Made by a program: the position numbers and the translations under genes | Notes under the pieces: model-generated | The model's input: only the letters and a program-made list of their open reading frames with translations | Told to the model about the DNA's origin: nothing | The model's database searches: none | In this document: positions 25,708 to 34,496 of the stretch, piece after piece | Layout of the letters: each line of letters begins with the position of its first letter | Position numbering within the stretch: position 1 is the stretch's first letter | Origin: Patescibacteria group bacterium | GTDB taxonomy: Bacteria; Patescibacteriota; Minisyncoccia; UBA10092 | Length of the DNA: 35,350 nucleotides | Assembly (NCBI GenBank): GCA_018826255.1 | Contig: JAHJZO010000023.1 | Location: 1 to 35,350, forward strand | Direction of reading: 5' to 3'

Positions 25708-26394
25708 ATGCCTTCATTTTTAGAGTTTTTACCGCTCGTAACCACGGCGGCCATTATCGACAGCGTAAATTTTTGCGCTTTTTCGGTGTTGCTTTTGACA
25801 ATCGCTTTTCTTTTTAGCGCCGGCCCCGTCGTGGCAGAGCGTTCCAAAATTCTTAAAATAGGCGGTGTTTATATTGCCGGCATATTTTTGACATATATTT
25901 TAATTGGCTTGGGAATAATGAAAGCGCTTTATTCTTTTAATACGCCTCATTTTATGGCGAGAGTTGGCGCGTCCGTTATGATTTTATTCGGGGTAATAAA
26001 TATAATAAATGAATTTTTTCCCGCGTTTCCGATAAAACTAAAAATTCCGGCAAGCGCGCATCAAAAAATGGCGCCATTAATTCAGAAAGGCTCTATTCCC
26101 GCAGTATTTTTTCTTGGTGTTTTGGTCGGTCTTTACGAATTTCCCTGCACCGGCGGCCCTTATTTGATGATATTGGGTTTTTTGCATGATCGCGCTACAT
26201 ATGTAAAAGGGGCGGCGTATCTGTTGTTTTATAATCTGGTTTTTGTTCTTCCCCTCGTTATTACTCTATTTATCGCAAGCAACGAAAAACTGCTTGGAAA
26301 ATTAAGAGGGTGGCGAGAAAATAAGAATATCAGGATTAAATTTTGGAGCGGCATGGCCATGATTATTTTGGGGGTTGTAATTTTTATGTTATAA
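25708..26394 (+). CDS. CcdA/DsbD-type transmembrane thiol-disulfide electron transporter (DsbD_2-like)
   Basis: Six TMs with single Cys residues in the characteristic contexts DSVNFCAFSVLLL (TM1) and YEFPCTGGPYL (TM4). Confidence 0.75.
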   Translation: MPSFLEFLPLVTTAAIIDSVNFCAFSVLLLTIAFLFSAGPVVAERSKILKIGGVYIAGIFLTYILIGLGIMKALYSFNTPHFMARVGASVMILFGVINIINEFFPAFPIKLKIPASAHQKMAPLIQKGSIPAVFFLGVLVGLYEFPCTGGPYLMILGFLHDRATYVKGAAYLLFYNLVFVLPLVITLFIASNEKLLGKLRGWRENKNIRIKFWSGMAMIILGVVIFML

Positions 26395-26403
26395 ATAAAC
26401 AAT

Positions 26404-26904
26404 ATGAATATCGAACAAAATAAAATAGCGGATTTACTGAAAAAAATAGAGCAGATGAAAAAAACCGGCGAAGTTGACCTTTCAACCGAGGAAGATTTAA
26501 GCATCGCTGTTATGAATCTTATTTCTCTTGAAGAGCACTTTTTTTTCACCAACGCCAAAACAGGGAAAGAAGAATACTTAAACTTACTTTTGGAAACAAG
26601 AGAAATACGCAAATCTCTTCTGGCCAGATTGGTTAGTAAACACGAAGGCGAGACATGGTGTATTTCTAAGCATCTTTTAGGAACGACCATGCGTTTGATG
26701 GAGGTTGGCACAAAATTGTACTCTGACGGCAAGAGAGATGAAGCCAAAGAAATATATAAAAAAGCTGGCGAAGTTTATTCTTTATTTTGGGCATTGCGCC
26801 TTAAACTTATTGACATATCCGGCCTAAAGGAAGTTGCTGCCAAAGAACAACCGTGGACGCTTAATGATATATTAGATAAGTTAGTAGATTGCTGCGATGA
26901 GTAA
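26404..26904 (+). CDS. hypothetical soluble all-helical protein ending in CCDE
   Basis: 166 aa with no TM and Cys at ETWCISKH and the C-terminal VDCCDE. ATGAGTAA overlap with the downstream Trx gene. Confidence 0.5.
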   Translation: MNIEQNKIADLLKKIEQMKKTGEVDLSTEEDLSIAVMNLISLEEHFFFTNAKTGKEEYLNLLLETREIRKSLLARLVSKHEGETWCISKHLLGTTMRLMEVGTKLYSDGKRDEAKEIYKKAGEVYSLFWALRLKLIDISGLKEVAAKEQPWTLNDILDKLVDCCDE

Positions 26905-27262
26905 AAAGACAATAGTTATAATTGGTCTGATAATTTTGGCAATTATTTTTGCTATTTTTTATTTTTATAATAAATCTGTTCCTCCGGCTAGCGGTAAATA
27001 TGATGATTTCGCCAGATGCTTATTGTCAAAAAATATAACTATGTATGGAGCGGATTGGTGTTCTTATTGCCAGAGTGAAAAAGCGGCATTTGAGGGTTCA
27101 TTTAAATACGTTCCCTATGTTGAATGCCCCGATAATCCACAACTATGTCTGGATAAAGGGATTGAAGGTTATCCAACTTGGATTTTCCCAGACGGGAAAA
27201 AGTTGGTAGGTGAACAAGGACTTGAAAAATTGTCGCAAGAAAGCGATTGTGTGTTACAATAA
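26897..27262 (+). CDS. membrane-anchored thioredoxin-fold protein (CxxC = CSYC), like the Trx domain found fused to bacterial VKOR
   Basis: N-terminal TM, then YGADWCSYCQSEKAAF..VPYVEC..PQLC..GIEGYPTW. Confidence 0.7.
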   Translation: MSKKTIVIIGLIILAIIFAIFYFYNKSVPPASGKYDDFARCLLSKNITMYGADWCSYCQSEKAAFEGSFKYVPYVECPDNPQLCLDKGIEGYPTWIFPDGKKLVGEQGLEKLSQESDCVLQ

Positions 27263-27289
27263 CAAGTATTAAAATTATTTTTTAATAAT

Positions 27290-28066
27290 ATGTTTGATTA
27301 CAATAAACTTCCGAGGTTTGAACAAAAACTTGTTTTAATCGCTGTTGGCATTTTAACTTTATTTTTGGTATTTGCCGGTTTCAATCAACTTATCGGCGCC
27401 ATCAACGATTTCCGCAATGGCGGGACCAATAGTAATCCTCAAACGATAAGTTTTAGCGGTGAAGGAACGGTAAAAGCTATTCCGGATACTGCCAAGGTTG
27501 CGCTTGGTCTAGTTACCGAAGGAAAAGATTCTATTTCTGTCCAGAATGAAAATACATCCAAAATGAACGCCGTAATTAAGTTCTTGAAAGACCAAGGAAT
27601 AAAAGATGAAGATATTAAAACCAGCAATTATAACCTGTCTCCGAAATACAATTACGACAAAGGCAAATCAACATTAGTTGGCTATATTATTAATCAAATG
27701 CTTACTGTTACGGTCAGGGATTTAGAAAAAATAGGCAATGTTTTAGATGGCTCGGTTTCCAGCGGCGCCAATGAGGTAAATTCTGTTTCGCTTTTTATTG
27801 ACAAGCCGGAAGAATTAAAAAACAAAGCCCGCGAAGAGGCGATAAAACAGGCGAAAGAAAAGGCCTCAACAACCAGCAAGATTGCAGGGTTCAGGTTGGG
27901 CCGGGTAGTTAATTTTTATGAAAATTCCATGGGAGAACCGCCAATGTACTACGAAACGATGATGAGTAAAGGCGGGGGCGTGTCCGATGTTGCTCCTTTG
28001 CCGCAAATAGAGCCCGGCAGTCAGGAAATCAAAATCAACGTCACCCTGACCTATTTGATAAAATAG
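27290..28066 (+). CDS. SIMPL/DUF541 (BP26-like) secreted protein
   Basis: N-terminal TM, then GTVKAIPDTAKVALGLVTEG.., VGYIINQMLTVTVRD and a C-terminal PG.QEI...V. Confidence 0.7.
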   Translation: MFDYNKLPRFEQKLVLIAVGILTLFLVFAGFNQLIGAINDFRNGGTNSNPQTISFSGEGTVKAIPDTAKVALGLVTEGKDSISVQNENTSKMNAVIKFLKDQGIKDEDIKTSNYNLSPKYNYDKGKSTLVGYIINQMLTVTVRDLEKIGNVLDGSVSSGANEVNSVSLFIDKPEELKNKAREEAIKQAKEKASTTSKIAGFRLGRVVNFYENSMGEPPMYYETMMSKGGGVSDVAPLPQIEPGSQEIKINVTLTYLIK

Positions 28067-28069
28067 TTT

Positions 28070-28549
28070 TTAGAAATTAGGGATCTCTACAATGTCGCCG
28101 GGGGTTATATTCCATTTTTCGGCCTGACCGGCGTTGATTTCCAAAACATATTGCGCCAGTGATTTTGATTCATAAATTTGGCAGGTTCTGTTTTCTGGGC
28201 AAGGCCTTTGAGTTACAATTTCGTTAACGCGTCCATTTGAAGAAATAAAAATCATATCGAGAGGGATAAGTGTGTCTTTCATCCAGAAACTTCGCGCCTT
28301 TTCATCAGAAAAAACAAAAAACATTCCGGAATTCTTTTCAAGCGAATCTCGGTTCATCAATCCGGTTTCTAATTCCTGCGCGGTTTTAGCAAATTCAACT
28401 TGAATTTTAATGGGTCCGGCCGCTGTAAATATAGTAATGGAATTTTTGTCGGCAATTTTTTGATATTGCGAAAACAAAACAATACCCGCTAGGGTTATTA
28501 TGAGTGCTCCCGAAATCCAATAAAACGGCCTTCTTGAATCAAGTAACAT
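28070..28549 (-). CDS. DUF192 (COG1430) protein
   Basis: GLMNRDSL..NSGMFFVF...FWMKDTLIPLDMIF is the family signature. It has an N-terminal TM. Confidence 0.75.
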   Translation of the reverse strand: MLLDSRRPFYWISGALIITLAGIVLFSQYQKIADKNSITIFTAAGPIKIQVEFAKTAQELETGLMNRDSLEKNSGMFFVFSDEKARSFWMKDTLIPLDMIFISSNGRVNEIVTQRPCPENRTCQIYESKSLAQYVLEINAGQAEKWNITPGDIVEIPNF

Positions 28550-28611
28550 ATATTTTATTTCATTTTAACTTAAATTGTTAAATATTAAAAATATATGTTA
28601 AAGTTCATTTA

Positions 28612-29685
28612 ATGAACCAATCTTTTCTTTTGTTTTTGCTTGGGATAATGGCCGTTGCGGTTGCGGTACTGATTTATTTTTTGTCGCGGAAAAAATCAGG
28701 GGAAAAACCTCAAGACAATCAAGCGATTTTGATGATCCAAGACCAATTAAAGGAGATGCGCCAGACGCTGCAGAATTTCGGTTCGCAAGTGGACACTAAA
28801 ATGGGCGATTCAACAAAAATGTTCCAGCAGCAATTCGCGCAAAGCGCGAAAATTGTCCGCGATGTTACCGAAAGATTGACGAAACTGGACGAAACCAATA
28901 AACAAGTAATGAATGTGGCCGACCAATTGCAAGGATTGGAAGATGTTTTGAAAAATCCTAAGCATCGCGGGGTTTTGGGCGAATATTTTTTAGAGAATGT
29001 TTTGAAAAATGTTTTACCGCCGAAAAATTATCAAATGCAATATGGATTTAAGAACGGCGATATCGTTGACGCGGTAGTTTTTATTAAAGATAAAATAATT
29101 CCGATTGATTCTAAATTTTCACTTGAAAATTACAATCGGATTTTACAGGAAAAAGACAAAGGACGAAAAGAAGAATTGGAAAAACAGTTTAAGGCCGATT
29201 TGAAGAATAGAATAGATGAAACCGCCAAATACATCCGGCCAAATGAAAACACATTAGATTTTGCTTTTATGTTTATTCCCGCCGAAGGAATTTATTACGA
29301 CCTGCTGGTTAATCAGGTTGGCGCGATAAAAGTTAATACACGCGACTTAATTGAATATGCTTTTAAAGAGAAACATGTGATTATTGTCTCGCCGACATCG
29401 TTTTTCGCCTATTTACAGACAGTTATGCAAGGTCTGCGCGCTCTACAAATTGAAGAATCGGCCAAAGAAATTCGCAAATATGTTGAAATGCTTCAAAAAC
29501 ATTTATTGAGTTACGACGAATATATGAAAAAACTCGGCAATAATCTGGGGACGGCAGTTAACGCGTATAATAAGGCCTCAAAAGAATTCGGCAAGGTTGA
29601 TAAAGATGTGGTAAAAATTACGGGTAAAACCGGCGAGATTGAACCGCTACAAATTAAAGGACCGATAACTGAGGAAGAAGAATAA
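28612..29685 (+). CDS. rmuC: DNA recombination protein RmuC
   Basis: N-terminal TM, a coiled coil, GVLGEYFLEN, DAVVFIKDKIIPIDSKF and FMFIPAEGIYYD. Confidence 0.88.
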   Translation: MNQSFLLFLLGIMAVAVAVLIYFLSRKKSGEKPQDNQAILMIQDQLKEMRQTLQNFGSQVDTKMGDSTKMFQQQFAQSAKIVRDVTERLTKLDETNKQVMNVADQLQGLEDVLKNPKHRGVLGEYFLENVLKNVLPPKNYQMQYGFKNGDIVDAVVFIKDKIIPIDSKFSLENYNRILQEKDKGRKEELEKQFKADLKNRIDETAKYIRPNENTLDFAFMFIPAEGIYYDLLVNQVGAIKVNTRDLIEYAFKEKHVIIVSPTSFFAYLQTVMQGLRALQIEESAKEIRKYVEMLQKHLLSYDEYMKKLGNNLGTAVNAYNKASKEFGKVDKDVVKITGKTGEIEPLQIKGPITEEEE

Positions 29686-29694
29686 AAAAATATT

Positions 29695-30288
29695 ATGGCA
29701 AATCATATTGTTCTGGATATTGAAACGCAGAATTTATTTTCCGATGTCGGAGGCAAGGAAAACTTAACCAAGCTTCTGCTTTCGGTTGCCGGCGTTTATT
29801 CATATGCGGATAACAAATTTTTGACTTTTAGCGAAAAAGAAATGCCGGCTTTTGAAAATCTTCTAAAAAAGACGGATTTAATAATCGGTTTTAACATAGA
29901 TCATTTTGACCTGCCGGTGTTGAGAAAATATTTATCTATTGATTTAACAAAAATTCCGACTCTGGATATTATGAAAGAAGTTGTTGATACGATGGGGCAC
30001 AGAGTCAGTTTGGATGATATTTGCGTTAATACTTTGGGAAAAAAGAAAACTGCCAATGGTTTCTTGGCGGTTGATTACTGGCGGCAGGGGAGAATAGATG
30101 AACTTAAAAAGTATTGCCTGAGCGATGTGCGGCTTACGCGGGATGTATATGAATACGGTCTGAAAAAAGGCGAGATAAAGTTTACCGCCCGTGATGCCAA
30201 TCTTCCATATATAAAAACAATGAGAGTTAACTTTGCCAAATACGCGGGAATAAAAATAACAACGGCATGGACTCCTTCACTTTTTTAG
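29695..30288 (+). CDS. DEDDy 3'-5' exonuclease-like protein (RNase H fold, PolB-exonuclease-like)
   Basis: Exo I is LDIET, Exo II is GFNIDHFDLPVL and Exo III is YCLSD (Yx3D). Confidence 0.65.
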   Translation: MANHIVLDIETQNLFSDVGGKENLTKLLLSVAGVYSYADNKFLTFSEKEMPAFENLLKKTDLIIGFNIDHFDLPVLRKYLSIDLTKIPTLDIMKEVVDTMGHRVSLDDICVNTLGKKKTANGFLAVDYWRQGRIDELKKYCLSDVRLTRDVYEYGLKKGEIKFTARDANLPYIKTMRVNFAKYAGIKITTAWTPSLF

Positions 30289-31040
30289 ACAAAATAATAA
30301 ATGAAAGTTTTATCCGCGAACCATATATCAAAAAAAGCTGGTGGGCCACTGATTTAAACTCATGTTTGAGAGGGGTGTTTTATCGCCGCAAAGGGCTTCC
30401 TCCGACATCGACAATTCCGCCGGACAGAATGGGCATAATGGAAGTGGGAAAAATTGTTGAAGAATGGATTGTTAACAAGGTAAAGCAATCGGGAAATTTA
30501 ATTGCCGAACAATTGAGAATTGAGGCGCCGGAGTATGAAGCCTCAGGGAAAGTCGATTTAATTTTAAACGAAGGCGGCAAACCGGTTCTTTACGAAATTA
30601 AATCCACCAATTCTTTCAGTTTCAAATATAAACTCAAAAACAGACAGCCCCAGCCCCAGCATAAACTTCAAACACTTTTTTATTTATGGCGTCTTCGCAA
30701 TTATGGCCATCAAGATTGTCCGGAGGTTGATTTTTCCAATCTTCAAGGTCGGCTTATTTATGTTTCCCGGGACGATTTAAACCGGTTGATTATTCCCTTG
30801 GACTATTCTGAGGTTGCCATTAAGCCCATTATTGACCAGCTGGAAATTTTAAATACGTCATGGAAAATGGACGAATTGCCGCCGGTGCCTGAACCAGTTG
30901 TATTTGACGAGGAAAAGGGGAAATGGATAATTAATTTTGTTTGCGATTTTTGCGCGTATCACGAACTTTGCGCTGGCCGCGACTGGCGCGCCAAAGCCGA
31001 ACAAGAAGTCAAAGAACGCAACGCCACGCTGGAAAATTAA
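30267..31040 (+). CDS. Cas4-like PD-(D/E)XK nuclease with a 4-Cys (Fe-S) signature
   Basis: An N-terminal Cys (LNSCLRGVFY), GKVDLIL..VLYEIKS (D..ExK), a QxxxY motif (LQTLFY) and a C-terminal CDFCAYHELC (Cx2Cx5C). Confidence 0.75.
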   Translation: MDSFTFLDKIINESFIREPYIKKSWWATDLNSCLRGVFYRRKGLPPTSTIPPDRMGIMEVGKIVEEWIVNKVKQSGNLIAEQLRIEAPEYEASGKVDLILNEGGKPVLYEIKSTNSFSFKYKLKNRQPQPQHKLQTLFYLWRLRNYGHQDCPEVDFSNLQGRLIYVSRDDLNRLIIPLDYSEVAIKPIIDQLEILNTSWKMDELPPVPEPVVFDEEKGKWIINFVCDFCAYHELCAGRDWRAKAEQEVKERNATLEN

Positions 31041-31076
31041 ATGGCCCCGCTTTAGCGGGGCCATATTGTTTTTATT
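31041..31076. terminator. bidirectional intrinsic terminator
   Basis: ATGGCCCCGC-TTTA-GCGGGGCCAT followed by ATTGTTTTTATT. It lies between the convergent Cas4-like and pyrC-like genes. Confidence 0.8.
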
Positions 31077-31124
31077 CATTTTCATTATCGTTACCAATTT
31101 TTGCTATAGCAAATTTTGGTACCA

Positions 31125-32189
31125 TCAAACTATTTGCCAACTGACTTTCTCTCCTCCTTTTAGGAGATAAACCTGCTCGGAGGGAGTTTCGCCGCATTGG
31201 GCGATTCTGGGAGGTGCCCATTCTCTTTTTTCCAAAACCATAGTTTTGGCACTTGAACTGTTTAGCGGAACGCCAAAAAATTCTTCATCATATTTCATAA
31301 ACTCCGGCATATCCTCTAATCGGCCAATACTCTCCAAAATTTCTGCCACAACACAAGGACCAACTGGACCACTGAAAACTCCGGAAGCAGGAACATTACC
31401 TTTTTTAACCAAAATAGAATGTGGCGCATCATCAGCCGCATAACGGAATTTCCGCTCGCCGTGATGATAAGGGTCTGCCATAGCGTATTTTACCGCCAAC
31501 CGATCTTCTATGTTGGCATATGGCGGCTGACAAAAAATCTCCGGGCGCAAAATCTCACCATTTTTACCGAAAATATTATATTCTGTATAAAGCCCATAAT
31601 GAGGCGCTATTCCTCCGGTCATACCCGATGTTGCGTAGATAAATTCAATCAACGACTTGAGGTTAGGGTGCTCGATGGAAATTTTAAGTTTGGGGAAATG
31701 GCACTTGATAAGTTTAATCGAGCTAAAAAAACATTCCAGTTCCCATTTGCTTAAATTAGTATTGAATTTGCTTTGAACGTGCAATAATAAAGGCATTCCA
31801 AGCTCACTCATGGAGGCGTAAACTGCCGCGCTTCGCGTTGAAGTGAGATCCATCAGCAAAATACCATTACTGTTAGTGGAAACTCCTTCGGGGATATTAG
31901 CCACAAACCTGGCGCCAGCACGATAAGCTTCTTCCACCGTTCCGGCTGTTGTACCCGGTGTCATCATTATTCCGCCAATTACCTGCGGCATTGAATAAGC
32001 GAGCAAATCTTGATTGTAATATTTATCATATCCAGCAGCGTCAACGACTGGATTTTTTAAGTTTGCCTTGGCCACCACGACACTGAACAATCGGCTGAAA
32101 AAAGACGTAAATTCCAGCATTCGCTCTTCGCGCAGATGAACGTGATGGTTGGCCGGATTTGGGATTTCAATCGTATCTACTTTTTTCAT
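31125..32189 (-). CDS. class II dihydroorotase-like amidohydrolase
   Basis: HHVHLR (HxH), MPLLLHVQS, SIEHPN, RPEIFCQPP and ADDAPHS line up by eye with E. coli PyrC (HLHLR, MPLLVHGE, FEHIT, RPHLYCLP, TDSAPH). Strong SD (AGGAGG). Confidence 0.75.
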   Translation of the reverse strand: MKKVDTIEIPNPANHHVHLREERMLEFTSFFSRLFSVVVAKANLKNPVVDAAGYDKYYNQDLLAYSMPQVIGGIMMTPGTTAGTVEEAYRAGARFVANIPEGVSTNSNGILLMDLTSTRSAAVYASMSELGMPLLLHVQSKFNTNLSKWELECFFSSIKLIKCHFPKLKISIEHPNLKSLIEFIYATSGMTGGIAPHYGLYTEYNIFGKNGEILRPEIFCQPPYANIEDRLAVKYAMADPYHHGERKFRYAADDAPHSILVKKGNVPASGVFSGPVGPCVVAEILESIGRLEDMPEFMKYDEEFFGVPLNSSSAKTMVLEKREWAPPRIAQCGETPSEQVYLLKGGEKVSWQIV

Positions 32190-33211
32190 CTTCCCGCCTC
32201 CTTAAGTTTTTTGTCGGCATACCAAATTGTCAATCGCAGATAAAACGGCCGCATAACTTTGCCTATGCCAATGGAAATCGCATTAACGCGGCCTTTATCA
32301 ACCAGCCAGTCTATCAATTTTTTAGTGGAAAACCAATTCCAATGGCAATTGATTCCACCGCCAGCCATAATTGGAAAATTCGGCTCCTCTCTTCGGAATC
32401 CTTCTATTCTCCGGCAAATCAAATCGCCCAAAATCCAACCGGACAATCCGCCTCCGCCGTATTTTGCCAATGGGGATTTGTCCGGGCCATCAGTCCCAAA
32501 AAGCTTTTTCCAGGGGATTTCACCGGGCAAACGGCCAAACTTAAGCGTGTTGGCGTAAGAAAGTCCATCGCAAAGTCCCGAACGAGCTATTCTCAACATT
32601 TCGCTAACCGAATCTTCCGGGCCCAATTTGGCAAAAACCGGAATACCCAAATTTTCCTTATCTATTGCCGCCAAGTGATAAAGGCGCTCATCGGACAATG
32701 AACAAACATCATGCCCCGTGTTTGGACAGCTCAAATTTTCTTCAAGCCATATCGGCGCCGAGAAATCCGGCAAGTATTTCTTAAGTAAACGAACAAACTC
32801 TGCGGTCTCAGTAATCCGTTCCTTTAAAGTCGGCAAAACCGACATATGAGAAAGGCCAAAAGGACTCTTAATTTTCTGCCATTCGCCAATCTCAAATAAT
32901 GGCAAAGCTCCAGGACTAGCCAACCCAACCGAATTTAAAGCTATTCCTCGCAAAAAATAAAATTTAACACAATCCGGAAATTTTTCAATCGGTTGGAAGT
33001 CACCTCCCAGTTTCATATTGCCTTCCCGATAGAAAAGCGGAGTGGTTTTAGCAATAAATCCGGCCTTTTCAGACGAAGAAAGCCAAGGCAAAAACCAATT
33101 TAAATACTTGTCATACCACCAGCCATGGCTGATGCCTTTACCTGGTCCGAAAAAATTATAAGTTCCTGAAGCAAAAATTACCCTTGGAATCTCAACACCT
33201 TTTATTTTCAT
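32186..33211 (-). CDS. class 1 dihydroorotate dehydrogenase-like flavoenzyme (DHODH/DPD-PreA superfamily)
   Basis: KTTPLFYREGN, LNSVGLASPG, ENLSCPN (catalytic Cys context), FAKLGP, GGGLSG and MAGGGI. ATGA overlap with the pyrC-like gene. Strong SD. Confidence 0.7.
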   Translation of the reverse strand: MKIKGVEIPRVIFASGTYNFFGPGKGISHGWWYDKYLNWFLPWLSSSEKAGFIAKTTPLFYREGNMKLGGDFQPIEKFPDCVKFYFLRGIALNSVGLASPGALPLFEIGEWQKIKSPFGLSHMSVLPTLKERITETAEFVRLLKKYLPDFSAPIWLEENLSCPNTGHDVCSLSDERLYHLAAIDKENLGIPVFAKLGPEDSVSEMLRIARSGLCDGLSYANTLKFGRLPGEIPWKKLFGTDGPDKSPLAKYGGGGLSGWILGDLICRRIEGFRREEPNFPIMAGGGINCHWNWFSTKKLIDWLVDKGRVNAISIGIGKVMRPFYLRLTIWYADKKLKEAGR

Positions 33212-33278
33212 CTTGTCCTCCTTGTAAAGGTACTGAATTTATTACATAATATATGCGGTTTATTTAGTAAAGTCAATA

Positions 33279-34496
33279 ATGCCTGCTGGTGAAAACAATA
33301 AAATTTATCTGGATTATGCCGCGACGACGCCGGTTGATAAGGAGGTTTTGAAAGCGATGATGCCGTATTTCAGTGAGAAATTCGGCAATGCTTCGTCTGT
33401 TCATTCATTCGGGCAAGAGGCGATAGCGGCGGTGGACCAAGCGCGAGAAAAAATCGCGAAGTATTTTAATTGTAATTTCGCAGAAATAATTTTCACCGGC
33501 TCGGCAACGGAATCGAATAATCTAGCGATTAGGGGATTCGTCCAAAAGTATAATTATACGACTTCCAAACGATCGTCTACTAGTGGTACAAATAGAGGTC
33601 ATATAATTTCTACAAAAATAGAACATGAATCGGTACTGGAACCGCTGAAGGAACTGGAGAAAGCCGGACAGGAGGTTACTTATTTGCCGGTTGATAAAGA
33701 GGGACTGATAAAAATTTCCAACCTTGAAAAAGCGATTAAAGATACAACAATTTTAATCAGCATTATTTATGCCAATAATGAAATCGGGACGATACAGCCG
33801 ATAAAAGAAATTGGAAAACTGCTGGAAAAAATAAACAAAAAAAGAAAAGAAAATAATCTCGCAAGAATATATTTTCACACTGATGCGGTTCAGGCGCTCA
33901 ACTATTTGGAGTGCCGCCCCGACTGGCTGAAGGTTGATTTGTTGACCTTTTCCGGCCACAAAATTTATGGACCCAAAGGTATTGGAGGGTTATATGTTAG
34001 AAAAAATACACCGCTTTCGCCGATTATTTCAGGTGGCGGCCAGGAATTTGGATTGCGTTCCGGCACTGAAAATATTTCTTCTATTATTGGTTTGGCGAAA
34101 GCGGTGGAACTGGCGCTTGAGAATAAAGAGAAAAATTACAAAAAAATATTTGATTTGCGAAACCAACTGCTCAAAGATATAATTAAAGATAATAAAATAG
34201 CGGTAAAAATAAACGGATTATGTAATGACTGTCTTCCCAATATATTAAATATCCGGTTTCCCGGGATAAACAACGAAACGCTAATCATTGCTTTGGACCA
34301 AGCGGGGGTAGCTATATCGGCCGGCTCGGCCTGTTCCAGTAGGGCTTCAGCCGCTTCCCATGTTTTAACTGCCATTGGTCTGACGCCAAAACAGGTAAAA
34401 GAAAGTATCAGGATATCTATTGGGAAAAATACCACCAAACAAGAAATTAAGAAAGCAATAAGAATAATTAATAAATATGAAAAACTACTCATTTAG
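33279..34496 (+). CDS. nifS: cysteine desulfurase (NifS/IscS class V aminotransferase)
   Basis: IYLDYAATTP, GNASSVHSFG, HTDAVQA, SGHKIYGPKGIG (PLP Lys) and SAGSACSS (catalytic Cys). Confidence 0.9.
   Translation: MPAGENNKIYLDYAATTPVDKEVLKAMMPYFSEKFGNASSVHSFGQEAIAAVDQAREKIAKYFNCNFAEIIFTGSATESNNLAIRGFVQKYNYTTSKRSSTSGTNRGHIISTKIEHESVLEPLKELEKAGQEVTYLPVDKEGLIKISNLEKAIKDTTILISIIYANNEIGTIQPIKEIGKLLEKINKKRKENNLARIYFHTDAVQALNYLECRPDWLKVDLLTFSGHKIYGPKGIGGLYVRKNTPLSPIISGGGQEFGLRSGTENISSIIGLAKAVELALENKEKNYKKIFDLRNQLLKDIIKDNKIAVKINGLCNDCLPNILNIRFPGINNETLIIALDQAGVAISAGSACSSRASAASHVLTAIGLTPKQVKESIRISIGKNTTKQEIKKAIRIINKYEKLLI

Noticed and set aside
25640-25708. 22-codon acidic mini-ORF (MSELAFSILPKPLSDEEDEEEI) upstream of the CcdA-like gene, considered as a genuine leader peptide gene.
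   Set aside because: It has no SD of its own. Its GAG/GAA-rich 3' end coincides with the GAGGAGG ribosome-binding site of the CcdA-like gene, so the open frame may be incidental. It is mentioned under the redox-cluster finding rather than annotated.
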